Shown here: positions 37,117-48,592 of the stretch, piece by piece
Position numbering within the stretch: position 1 is the stretch's first letter
How the letters are laid out: every line of letters begins with the position of its first letter
Assembly: GCA_965649825.1 (NCBI GenBank)
Contig: OZ287695.1
Location: 1,159,081 to 1,223,080, forward strand
Origin: Penicillus capitatus
Lineage: Eukaryota; Plantae; Chlorophyta
Direction of reading: 5' to 3'
Length of the DNA stretch: 64,000 nucleotides
Program-made: the position numbers and the translations under genes
Notes under the pieces: model-generated
What the model saw: the letters and a program-made list of their open reading frames with translations, nothing else
What the model was told of the DNA's origin: nothing
Database searches by the model: none

Positions 37117-40100
37117 TCAGGAGCAGCATTCCAAGCATTGAATAATGCTGTTGCGCTTGTGGCGAATCCACAACGCGAGTACTCGCAAACTTGCTGTATT
37201 GGATTCGAAAGGTTTCCCTTCTTCTGCCATCTCGAGCTTCAAGTAGTCGATGAAATAGACAAAGAGGAAACAAACGAAGACAACGAAAGCGATAATGTTA
37301 AGCAAACCACACACGACTGAGATAATTAAGCGGCCTAGATCATCCGTAAAGCTCTGGCTCTTCAATGAAACGGCAGTCAGAGTCGTCAGGAGAGAGACAA
37401 AAAGCGAACCCAGTTCGACCCTGTTCAGTTCATCGAATCTCTTGCGATAAGGCTTCGCTGCGATGTGCCCCACGATGACGAGAGCAATGAGGGCAGTGGA
37501 GCCGACGATGGCCAACTGACTGTCAAAGCGCTGTGCACAGAACATCAGGAGTGCAATGAATGCTTTCCTCAAGGCGACAGTGACTTCCCAGTATCGTCGA
37601 GCTCCGAGCTTGTACCCACGATACAGGAATCCCATTGTCTGATAGCCAATGCTGTCGGTGTCCAGAAGTCGATCTTCTGGGCCGACGATGACGACGACAA
37701 AGAGAATGAGTGCGCCACCGTAGACGGTACCAACAAAGATCCACACCACTTCAGCCAGTGTCAGATGATCGGCCTTCAAGCACTCCAAGCTTGTATCCAC
37801 TGCCCAGTACATGATTTTCTCCTCTTCCGTGCCATTCCAGGACATGAAAACGTCCGTGCACAGTCCTGTGCTGAACGCCGTTTTCATCACTGGCACCGAG
37901 GTGATGTACCAGATCGCCATCAGCGAAATCAGCGTTCTCTTTCCCAAGAACGACAACCGCTGTTGCTGGTCGCGCTTGAAAAGAGTGACTGCGATCCAGA
38001 AGAGACTGAAGAGAATGAACACCAAAGTCGGAACAACGCACGCACTGATCAGGAAAGCGATGGCTGTTGGATGCAACAATTGGTCTCCGATGGACAGACA
38101 CGCTGCCGAATGCTGGATCGTGTCCGATGCAAGTCCGCCCAAGAACTCTACAACCACGAAGGCAGTCTTCAGATGACAGCGCCGCTGAAATGGCTCACCT
38201 CCCACGTGTGCCATGACACGAATGGAGAACGCCCATCCGACGTTCGCCGAAAAGATCAAAACAGTGATCTGGATGTAGTTCAACAGGATCTGTCATTGCC
38301 AGAAATGAAGAAACAGCGGACTTCATTGTTTCATACCTTGAGCATCTCAATGCCCTTCCACTTAGCGAGCATTCTTTCACTGGTAGGCACTCCATCCATC
38401 TGCTCAGATAACGTTCTGTTTCGTCCTCTGCGATGACCGTGTTGCGATTCTATGTGTTCGGCACTGTCCCGTGCCGAAGGAGTGGAGAGGTTGGACAAAG
38501 AACGTCTTCCACGACCAGAAAGCGCTGATCGTCTGTGGTTAACAGTGCTCAATGTCCCTTGTATCGTGATGGCTGTCAAGCCAGAGACAATCACAACGGA
38601 CATGCCTATCATAAGGATGCTGACAAAGTCGACTGGACACCTCTTGCATCTCGAAGAGAAAAGACTCCCATATCCAGTGTCGCAGGATCCACACAATGGA
38701 CCAGAATGTCCCTGGGAACAGAAGAAATGACTTTTTATCTCAACGTCTGTGGATGGATGCCTTGCCTCGGCACATTGCATTCGCCTGTACTCCAGTACAT
38801 CGTTATGGCTCATGTCACAACTCACCACGGCATCCGTTTTGTTATGCAGTGCGTCAGAACGATTCTCGGACGTGCAGGCGTGCGCCGCCAGACATTTTTT
38901 GATGTGTGTAGAGCATGGGTTGCTCTGCCAGTATCCTTCATCTGGCACGATCACCCTTGTTTCGCAGATGCCGTTTACAGGACACGGCCGACATCTGTCT
39001 TCTTTGGGATTGAAACTGTACTCTGTGTAGCTGCAGTTTGAGCACATCTCCGTGTCGGGATTGGTGGTCACTTCTCCAATGATGCATTCTCGTACATTGA
39101 TACTGACTGTTAAATCCTGGATGGCTTTACTGTCGAACACGATCATTAACTTGTAAGTGCCTGGCGGGCCAAATCCAATCATGTTAGGGAAGCTAATCCG
39201 ATCTTCATGCACCTGTGGCGAGGCATTAATCATGGTGAATTCGACAGATGGTGATGTTTTTGTTGAGGTATTAGGGAAGTAACCAACAGAAGTGACCTGG
39301 TTTAGACCATCGATAAACTGCAGAGTCATTTCTGGGAGTTCTTCGCGGGCGCGATATCTCTTGATGATGTACTCGTGTTCACTGCGCATGTCCACGTCGT
39401 ACTGCGAGTCGTCGATCGTAATGTTCACTCGCCTAGGGCATGATCCAACAACACGACCATACGCAGCAGCTTCGTTATTCTCCCATGTATCGCAGAACTG
39501 TTCTTGAGAAGTAAGTGTCTCCAAACCGATCCAGTCTTCTTCATCGAGAAACTCCAGATTCGAGGCTGTCTGCATTGTCGAGCAACGGAAACGAATGGCT
39601 TCGAGATATTCCGCAAAGATAGCCCCTCCAGCCGAAGTTGCGTTGTTGTCTACGAATTGAGTGTCAATGATAGCTGCGAAGGCACAACCCTCGCCATACT
39701 CCAGACACTCTGTGGAAACGAAGGGATTCACGAAACGCAGACCACCTAAAGGGAGATGATACATCGATCGTCGACTTGCTGCCATTGAAGAGAAAACTCA
39801 CCTCCGACCTTGGCCGTGTTGCGCGAGACTGAAGTCCCTTCCAGTTGGAGCACCAGTTTCTTGTCGTTCTCGTCCGCTTCGAATGAAATGGCACCACCAC
39901 TCTCATTTGCTGAGTTCTTCTGCAAGACGCAGTCGACACATACGATTGCCGAGTATGTCGACATCAGTGCACCGCCATGTGTCTCTGCTGAACAATTTGA
40001 GACATCCAGACCCCTTGTTTTCAGCACGGAAGTGAGGACATCAATTGCCCCTCCTCTTTTAGCACTGCCGCGGGTCATGGATGTGCTCTCGATGTGTACA

Positions 40101-42421
40101 TCGCATTTTTCGGACAGGGAGATGAAGCTGCCTCCCAAACCAGCTGTTCCGTCACTGAACTCTGAATCGGTAAAGCTCAGTTTTGCGTACTCCGCAGCCA
40201 CCGAGCCCCCGTAGCGTAACGCGGTGTTCTCTTCAAAAGTCACACTGCTGAAGTATCCTGTGCTTTTCTCGCCATGCTCAACAGCTCCACCATCTCCTGC
40301 GCGATTCTTTTTGAACAACGATTGGTGCACGCGAAGTTCGGTGCCGAAGTCTGCAGAGATTCCACCGCCTTCATCTTTGGCAATGTTTCCTTCAAAGATG
40401 GAACCCATCACACGAACATACGACTTGCCTGCTATGATGCCTCCGCCTTCATCTCCAGCTCTGTTTGCTTTGAAAGACGTTTGTTTTATAATAACTCTGC
40501 CGCATTCATATACCTTGATGCCTCCACCTTCTTCAAAGGCATTGTTTCCCTCAAAGTCTCCTTTACTTATGACAACTCTTGAGCGTCGTGCATAAACCCC
40601 ACCACCATTGAAAGCACAGTTGCCGTCAACATTTCCTCCGACAATGTTCATCGTCGATTCTTCGACGTAAATGCCACCGCCACCATTGCGAGCCTCGTTT
40701 GAATGAAACTCGCAATCTTCGATCTCTGCTGTCACACGATCGAAATACGCAGCCCCTCCATATGACGAGGACGGAGAAGTCTCTTCCCTTGCATCTCTCT
40801 CGATGGAGCATCGTCCACTAGAAGGACGTCGAGCACTGGCCACCAAACCAGCTTCGTTGTTCCTGAAGGTCGATTTCGTGATAACGATGTGTGTCTTCCT
40901 AGCATCAATGGCACCCGCAGATTCTCCTGCTCGATTTGATATGAATTGGCATGAGTGGATTTCGAGAGATCTTCCATCCCTAACAGAAAGAATCCCTCTC
41001 TTGCGCGCAATGTTCTTTTCGAATGTGCTCTGTGCAACAATGATGCTCGATCCAGTGGCTTTGATTGCCGCACCGTCATCGCCTCCATTCCTTTGAAAAA
41101 CGCATTCGTTAATAGACACGTTCGCATCTGTGAGTTTCATGCAGGAATCGGCATTGTCTCCTGCTTCGCGGCCAGAAGCTCCCGAAAATGTCGAATTTGA
41201 TAAGTTCAAACGTCCTTCGACGACTTCGAAAAGCGAAAACGGATTCTTCGTTGCATGAATCTGGCTTGCATGAGTTCTGGATCCAGGAGGCATTCGAAAC
41301 ATGACAGGGTTATGTGCCGATTGTTTTGCCGCTTGGTTCTTCACGACAGTGAGTCCGTGGAGCGAGTTATCTTCGGACAAGAGTGCACCACACAGCCCAC
41401 CGCAGGTGTTGTGGCGGAAAGAGAAACTTCTGATCCTCAAGACAGAGCAGTGCCCGGAATTCGCTCTTATGGCGACGGATCCGAGGAGTCTGTTGTGGCT
41501 GAACCCCACGTGATCGAATCGAACAGCGCCTTTCGCGTCTTCGTGACCACACTCTACGTCGACGATGGCGCGAGTCCCGTTGGAGTTGTCGAATGAGCAT
41601 CCGTCGACGTCGATATTCGCCAGAGTCATGTCGCCGGTCCTGCGCGACACGTCCAGAATGAACAGGAGACGAGACGGGGCAGACCACCTGATAGAGAGAA
41701 GACCTTCATTCTTCCGCGGACAGGTGAACGCTGTCCGATCGGTCGCTTGAGGAAACGCACCGCCCTCGAGCTTCGGGTTCTCCACGTACGCGCTCAACGT
41801 CAGCGGCCGGGAGACGATGATGCGTGCGGACGGCTTGATCGTCTTCGTAACGTCGAAGAGGAGCGTGTCCCCTGCATTCGTACAGTCGATTATTTTTTGG
41901 ATGTCGCTATTGATCTCGTCGAGGACGGCGTCGGTCACCAGCCACACTCCAGTCTCATCGTCGACAAAGCGGTCGACCTGTCCTCGCCTCAGCGAACATC
42001 CCTCTCCTGTACCGTCGCGATGGTGCCCCTCGGACCCGTCAGAAAGACGAGACGAACCTGTCTTTGTCGCAGTGTTCGAGTCCGTCGACTGAAGCAAAGA
42101 ACGTCTCTCCACTCTCCCCTGTTCACAGTACAAGTCAGCGACTTCCGTACAGATGAAGAGAGCCGCGATGCGTACGGTTCGGTAGAAGGAGAAAGACGAT
42201 GTTGCATTTTCAAACATCAGTCTACGCCTGTCTTCTGTCGCGTTCAATTCTGCAGCACGTCGAAACAGTCGCCGACGACAAAAGTGGCGAGTGCCTTTTC
42301 GAGGCAGGCAATAGATGTCTTCTGTATGCGCAGAGTGCCATTTTCGGCACGTCGTAGATTGTTCTGTGGAGTGGGCCTTCTGGGCGAACAGACAAAAAAT
42401 AAAGACGAGTGAGAAATGCAT
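37117..42421 (-). CDS. Large secreted-ectodomain multi-TM protein: pectin-lyase-like beta-helix (GGA/FxxN repeats), Cys-rich region and about 7 TM segments
   Basis: Signal peptide; many N.A..GG(A/G)I repeats; CSNCSYTEYSF..CRPCPVNGIC and CAE|GHSGPLCGSC; C-terminal hydrophobic helices with FLYRGYK...YWE and NRVELGSL. Introns join the three large ORFs in frame. Confidence 0.85.
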
Positions 42422-44539
42422 CTTTTAGCCGACACGCAAAGTCGCGTTTTTATAATCTGCAGAATATTAGCCAGCTGTGTTGTCTAACTGCAAAACAATT
42501 AGTTGTTCTATTTCCTTCCAATGGTGACCGTACCGCTATTATTCATTTCATTGCTTGTGTTCCGCGTGAACTCCGGATCAGTGTGGTTCTTCACGCATTT
42601 TTCGGGGTTCTCCGAGGTGACTAACACCTTCTATGCGAATTTTGGGTGGTCGAATAAGGCATCTTGAACCAATGTCCGCCTGCATACACCTCGACTGTCT
42701 TCTTGTATCTACCAAACAGTCACTCTGAATCCATCTCTTCGACGCAGTAAAGCAACCGAGCGCTGGACCGGTTGTACTGTGTGCTACGGAATGGATTTGA
42801 CACGCAGCGGGATGTCGATGTTTTTCCTTGTTGCCAACGCGTTCGTACGCGTTCGGTACATGTGGCTGAGAAAGCTGTTGGACCTACCTTGCTTAGCGTG
42901 GGATGCGTTAACGTCAACGGCACAAGAGCAGCAACTTTGATGTCGCCGTCGTTCGTCTCGCGTGCGGTTCTACAAAGCAGAGGCGGTTTGCAGACTGTGC
43001 TTCGACTGCAGTTGGATGGGGGTGGTGGGTCGTTTACATCCAGGTAATGTGCAATTGCCTCGACCAGTCGATGCCAACAAAACTAACGCAGTCCGCACAA
43101 CGCGCTACGTCGTTGGACGCAGTAGTGCTATGGGTTGCTGGGAGAGATAGGCGCCGTACAAAGCAATAACGCAAGCGTCGACGTTAACCGGTTAACGGTT
43201 TTCCTTGAAGGTCGTCGCCATATCAAAACACTGAAGTTGTCGTTCCATCTGGTACGCTGCTTGGGCATACATAGCTCGAAAAGGGATTTCTGTCCTCAGA
43301 TGGTTGATGAGGGCCATGGTATCGATTCGTTGATCCTTACTGAAGAAAGCCTTATAGCACCAACCGAAGCCAATTGAAAAGCCTTGTGCGTCTAGTCGAC
43401 TTCATAAATGAATCCTGAGTGTCAGTCCACGGAGATCAAAGGTTTGTTGGATCGTGGGTTGCATTTTGCAATGGTTGTTAGCAGTGGAATTCTCGACACA
43501 GAAGCAAATGTCGACGCTTCGGATGAAGGGGACTCGAAAGAGAGCCTCTCTTGTAAATCTCTCTAGTCGCATAGCTTCCCACACGCTGCCACTTCCAAAA
43601 TAAGACCATACCACCTGTCTTGAAAACATTTCGTGGGTTTGCGTTCACTTGTACTTTCAGCGGTTCCTCAATGAAGAGCACCTTCATCTGCTATCCTTCT
43701 TTTCCACGAATCTAAGGTTCCGTTGTACAACGCCGTTGAGAGTTTCTACCTTGTCTTGATGCCAGAGTCGCCAGATTTCTCAGAACTTAGATAAAGGCTA
43801 TTCGAGTCGTCAAGCAGATAAACAAATAGTGGATTGATTTACAAAGAACCTCATAGTTTGCAGCAAGATGAGTCCGAATCAACCATAAACGACTCTTCCA
43901 GATATGCGAAGGCGAGTTTCGAAGTGTGTACGAACTGGTTGCCTTCCCATAGACGTCCAATCTACAAGGCAATATCGTCAATTGATACAGACGTGGTTTC
44001 GTGCTTCGCTGGTTCATAGCGACCCTTACCTTGATCCCATGTGTCTGGTGATCTGATACGAAAAATTTAGTTCTACATTACCTCGAATGTTCTCTCGAAT
44101 CTTAACCAGAAGTGAACATGAAATTCATGTCGATAGACATGCAGAAGAATCGTCAGCGAATACGATCTCACTGAATCATTCCTGTGGAGATTTCATGCAA
44201 CGTTGTGAATTGCGCTAAGCAGAAAGGGGAAGATAGCAGCAGCAGATGCTTGTTGCGGCGGGACAGTGTCTTACTCAGTCGCATTGGCGATTAGAGTAAC
44301 GCAAAATTGGACAGTTTGTATCAACGTCGCTTTCAATGATTTCTTCCTCGACCAGAGAAGATTGTTCTCTGTGATTAGTATGCCGATACTGTAATGCGCG
44401 AATCGTGTGTGGAGACAACAGAGATTCATTCGTCCAAAATGATTGACAGGTCTGAAAATTGTCGAATAGCAAGAAGTTTGACGCCTAGGTGATTAGCAAA
44501 AATTGTAAAGTCGATAGCAGGAAAAAGAGGTTTCGAGTC

Positions 44540-45132
44540 CTAAAAAATAACGCGGTTCATGTTGATCCCAGCATTCTCGTAGAAAGCAGCAGGCAGTTCA
44601 GGACAGGGGCACTTTCCCTCGCATGCGAGATCGGTCCCTGCATGGCGAAGCTTGCACAGACTGCCATACGTCTTTCCATCGACGCCACAGACCGGTTTGT
44701 AAATCTCCGCACAGTGGCCTGTGCGACAAGGGCACTCTCCTCCACATGCGACGTCGACCTTTGCACATTCCGCTGCACATTTGTTGGGATACGTCTTGCC
44801 ATCAGCGCCGCAAACTGGATCGGAGATCAAAGGACAAGCGCATGCTTTGCAGGGACACTCTCCCTCGCACGCCTTTTTGACTCCCTTCTTCTTCAGCGCG
44901 CAAAGACTGTCATACGTTTTTCCATCTACGCCGCAGACTGGTTTGTCAATGCTGCCACATTCACTATTCGCGAGGACATTCCCTGGTCCCCATGTTGCTC
45001 TACTGTGACTTTCGTGCCCAGCTAAACACGCGAACGCTTCTTAAACGAAAGCATGTTTTAGATCTCACCATATGCGCTGACCCCAAGGGCGAACGTCGCC
45101 AGCAGACAGATAAAAAGTTTAGAAAGAGACAT
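44540..45132 (-). CDS. Secreted protein with three Kazal-type protease-inhibitor domains
   Basis: Signal peptide exon MSLSKLFICLLATFALGVSAY, one GT-AG intron, then three copies of PVCG(V/A)DGKTY..C..ACxGxCPC. Confidence 0.9.
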
Positions 45133-48100
45133 GTCCGGTCTTCTATGACCCCGTTGAACAGTGGACATGGCAACCGGCGTCTTGTCTGATCTGAAACGTG
45201 TCGTTCGACAATGCCAAAATGACGGCGGCTAGGGCTTTTAAGCCCGTCGGAAGCATTTTGTCGTCCGCGTCTGTCAGACGTGGCCGAAGCCAGCGAATCT
45301 TTTGCCAAATTAAAATTCCAAATGTCGGCGCAAATAACGGCGGCATTTGCAGAAGGTAAACTTACGGATGCGAAGTCTCGGAGGTCAAAGACGCACGATC
45401 CTAGAAAACAGCAGATCGAGTTCTACGTCTCTGACCACTCGTATCTGAGTATCGACCAGTATACGCGCAGAAAGTCGCATCTAATACCCGCCGTCATTTT
45501 CAATTTTCATCGTTTTTCCACTCAGAGCACCGACCTTGGGCGAAAAAAGAGAAAGGAAGAAACATAAAGTCACTGTCTCATTGTCGAAGACCAATCCAAC
45601 ACAGTTGCCAGAGGAATGGGAGGCCGTATTGGGGATGGATGATTTGAATGTATGGGCCATCATGTCACATCAAAAAGTCGACAGTGAGATAGGCGCACAG
45701 CTAGCTAGGTAGACAGACAAAGAAGATAGAGGCAATGCATGCATGGGTATTGGATGAGCGATGATCGCATTCCCAGTCATGACAACTCACGCACTGTGTG
45801 CAGATTCTGAGGCAAGCAAAGAGAACGGAGGATGAGAAGAGTAACGAGCATCTGATTCTGCCGCAGTAAGATACGCTGTCGATGTACCTGCCAAATAAAC
45901 ACCCTGCAGAAAACGAATGACCTTCGGAACGGGTCGTCGTCATCCACTGCCAACTACGGATCGATGTCTTATGGTTCTGTACGTCAACGATCAGCTAGAC
46001 ACATTAGATCGATAGACGGCCAAATCGATCTTTTCGGAATTCTTACCTTTGTTGCGATCTGTCTTGTAGATGTATTCCTACATGGATAGCTATTATCAGT
46101 CCGATACTAACAATCAGTCGCCTTAGGTGATGCATGATGTCTTTATGTTTCTATGCAGTACCTGCCCTAGCAAAATCGTTGCCGTGTTGTAAGCTCTCTG
46201 TAGAATTCACCCGCGGGCACATGGATTTTAGAGTACATGATTAGTTGTCGCAGAGATTTGTCCGATCGCTGTAATGCGGTCGTACAGAAAGAATATCTAT
46301 GCGCCACAAACCTCATCGCCAGTGGCGGGCAAACTTTACCCTTTTGATTTTCACTGAGATCCGCGGCAGTTAATTGCGCGAGATTTCGCACGGTCGGCGA
46401 GGCAGATGGAGAGTAGTGCAGTCGGTCATTGAACGACCAAGCTATGAATTCTTTATCGCGTCCGCATACGGAGCAGCAACTGTATGGAGTGCCGAAATGC
46501 TATCTATCCCACGATTGCTCGTGACGCAAAGTTCCGCCGCATTAACCGAGTCTTGAAAAGACGCGGATCATACAACAGAAATCAAAAACCGTTTCAAAGG
46601 TTCATTGCGAGCATCGAAGCCTACAGGAGTGGAGGGTTAACAAAATGGTGCCGTTGACATTACCGTTGAAGTGCTCAAACGCCTAAAGGTTTGTGAATGT
46701 CGCTTTCTGTTTAGTTTTCATTCTGGAAACCGTTGTCATTCGGTCGAACGCGTTTGGCATCGGCCATTGGTTCCGCGTAGTGAATTCTTCAAAGGACGAA
46801 AACGTTTTTACACCTAATTCATCATGGAGTCTGTATTCATTGATTCGATCGCAGCATCCCATCAGTCTTGCCTATCGCATCGGACTGTCATCTTTCCGAT
46901 CTCTCGTCACCAATGTGACTATCATGGTTCCGCACCATGAGGAGTTCACACTGATTTCATTGTATTTTTTGGGGGGCTTTGTCGTTGTTGTTTCTCGGAG
47001 TAGGCGGAAAGCGTGTTGTCGCCAAGATTTCTCTGGCGATGTGATTGCCTCGTTTGCAATGGGTCATCTGCCAGGAAGGGCACGTGGTGTCACGTCAAGT
47101 GGGCTTTGTTCTGTGAAAGGGGGCCCTTTTCTCTGGCTCTGAATACGGGGTGACTCACCTGCCTTAAAAGTCTTATCACCACGCACATATATAATGGGGA
47201 CGCAAGACCATTCCAGACCTTGCTCCGAGTACGTGTAAAGAAATCTTCTGCTGTTGAATCTTTTCCTTCGGCCGACCGGCGACACACACCAACACTATGT
47301 TTGTAGATGCAATTTTGGTCAATCTTGTTTTATCTTTCGTTTTTCGTTATACGTCACGGATGGCCTTTGCCAATTGACACCGCTCAGGGTTTGGTGCGTG
47401 AGGATGTCTTGCTTTCCTTTAGTTACAATTTTCTAGCCTTTGGTATGCCAATCCGAACAATATAGATTAAAGATACAACGTCAGAAAGCTATTTCCTTTT
47501 GCATATGCATGTTAAGGTTGTGATCATTCGTATCTTAGCTGTTGATATACTTTCCGTAATTGTTCTCGTGGATGATTATTATTACGATGACACATGACGA
47601 TATTTTTCATCGCGATCATACGCGAGGTAGTCATCCTCTTAATCTAGAGAGTTATTAGGAAGGATGGACCATCAAACTAGATATTCTTAAACGTCTAGCG
47701 CTTTCTGTTGCCCATGTCATGACACTAAATCCTTACTGGAAGAACGCAGTCGGCTGCATAACGTGATAGCAGCCTTAGATGTTTTACAGAAGAATGTCTG
47801 ACAGGCACGTCGTCGCTCGTGAGATAGGCCTGGAACTGTTGGAATTGTTCGCCGTTTTTTAGCGATTGGGCAATAGATTTGAATCTCGGTCTTGGCATGT
47901 CAGATGCAAAAGGTCATCTCATGACTGCCTAGATGAGAGCAAATGTCAGAATCCCAGAATCACTGTCGGAATGCCATCAAGAAATCCGATCGACCAGGTT
48001 GCGATGGCCTTTCAATCACAGTTGTTTTTTTTTTCTTTGTCGATGAAACCGCTTCTGAAACGAATATACTTTGCGTAATGTAACGTCGAGATACATTCTG

Positions 48101-48592
48101 TTGCAACGTTGCCCAGAGATTTGATGTAGCTCATAATAATCACCAAGTCTAATCGAATGGGAGTTCAGATTTCACATAAACAAACAGCGAAGATATTTCT
48201 GAACTCTGGATACATGCCACTCACTCATTCCCGTAACAAACGTGAATAACGCGACCTCGATTCGAAATGTCATTGTTTGACAGCAAATGATAATGCCGCT
48301 ATTGTCATCGAAAACAGACGATATTGAAAAGCCGCAGATGTTTTAGTTTCGATCCTAAAGTTTTCTCGGGCAATACACAGTATTTGTTAATCATGGACAT
48401 TCCATAACAAACACAACAGTCATACTGACCTCCATTCATCCCTTGCATACAGGAAATCAGTCGTTCAGGTCCCGTGTTCGCCTGATTTGAATGTTTGATA
48501 AGTGCTTGCTAAAACATGGAGGCACTCTAACGGAAAGTTCAGTTAAAGTTAGACAGTTGTCCTAGTGGAATGCTTAGTAGCAGAGGATTTTA

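Noticed and set aside
37465-38436. Long antisense ORFs (for example 37465-38436, 41747-42412, 28954-29430, 55697-56149, 44489-45025)
   Set aside because: These are shadows of real genes on the opposite strand, with no independent homology or start context.
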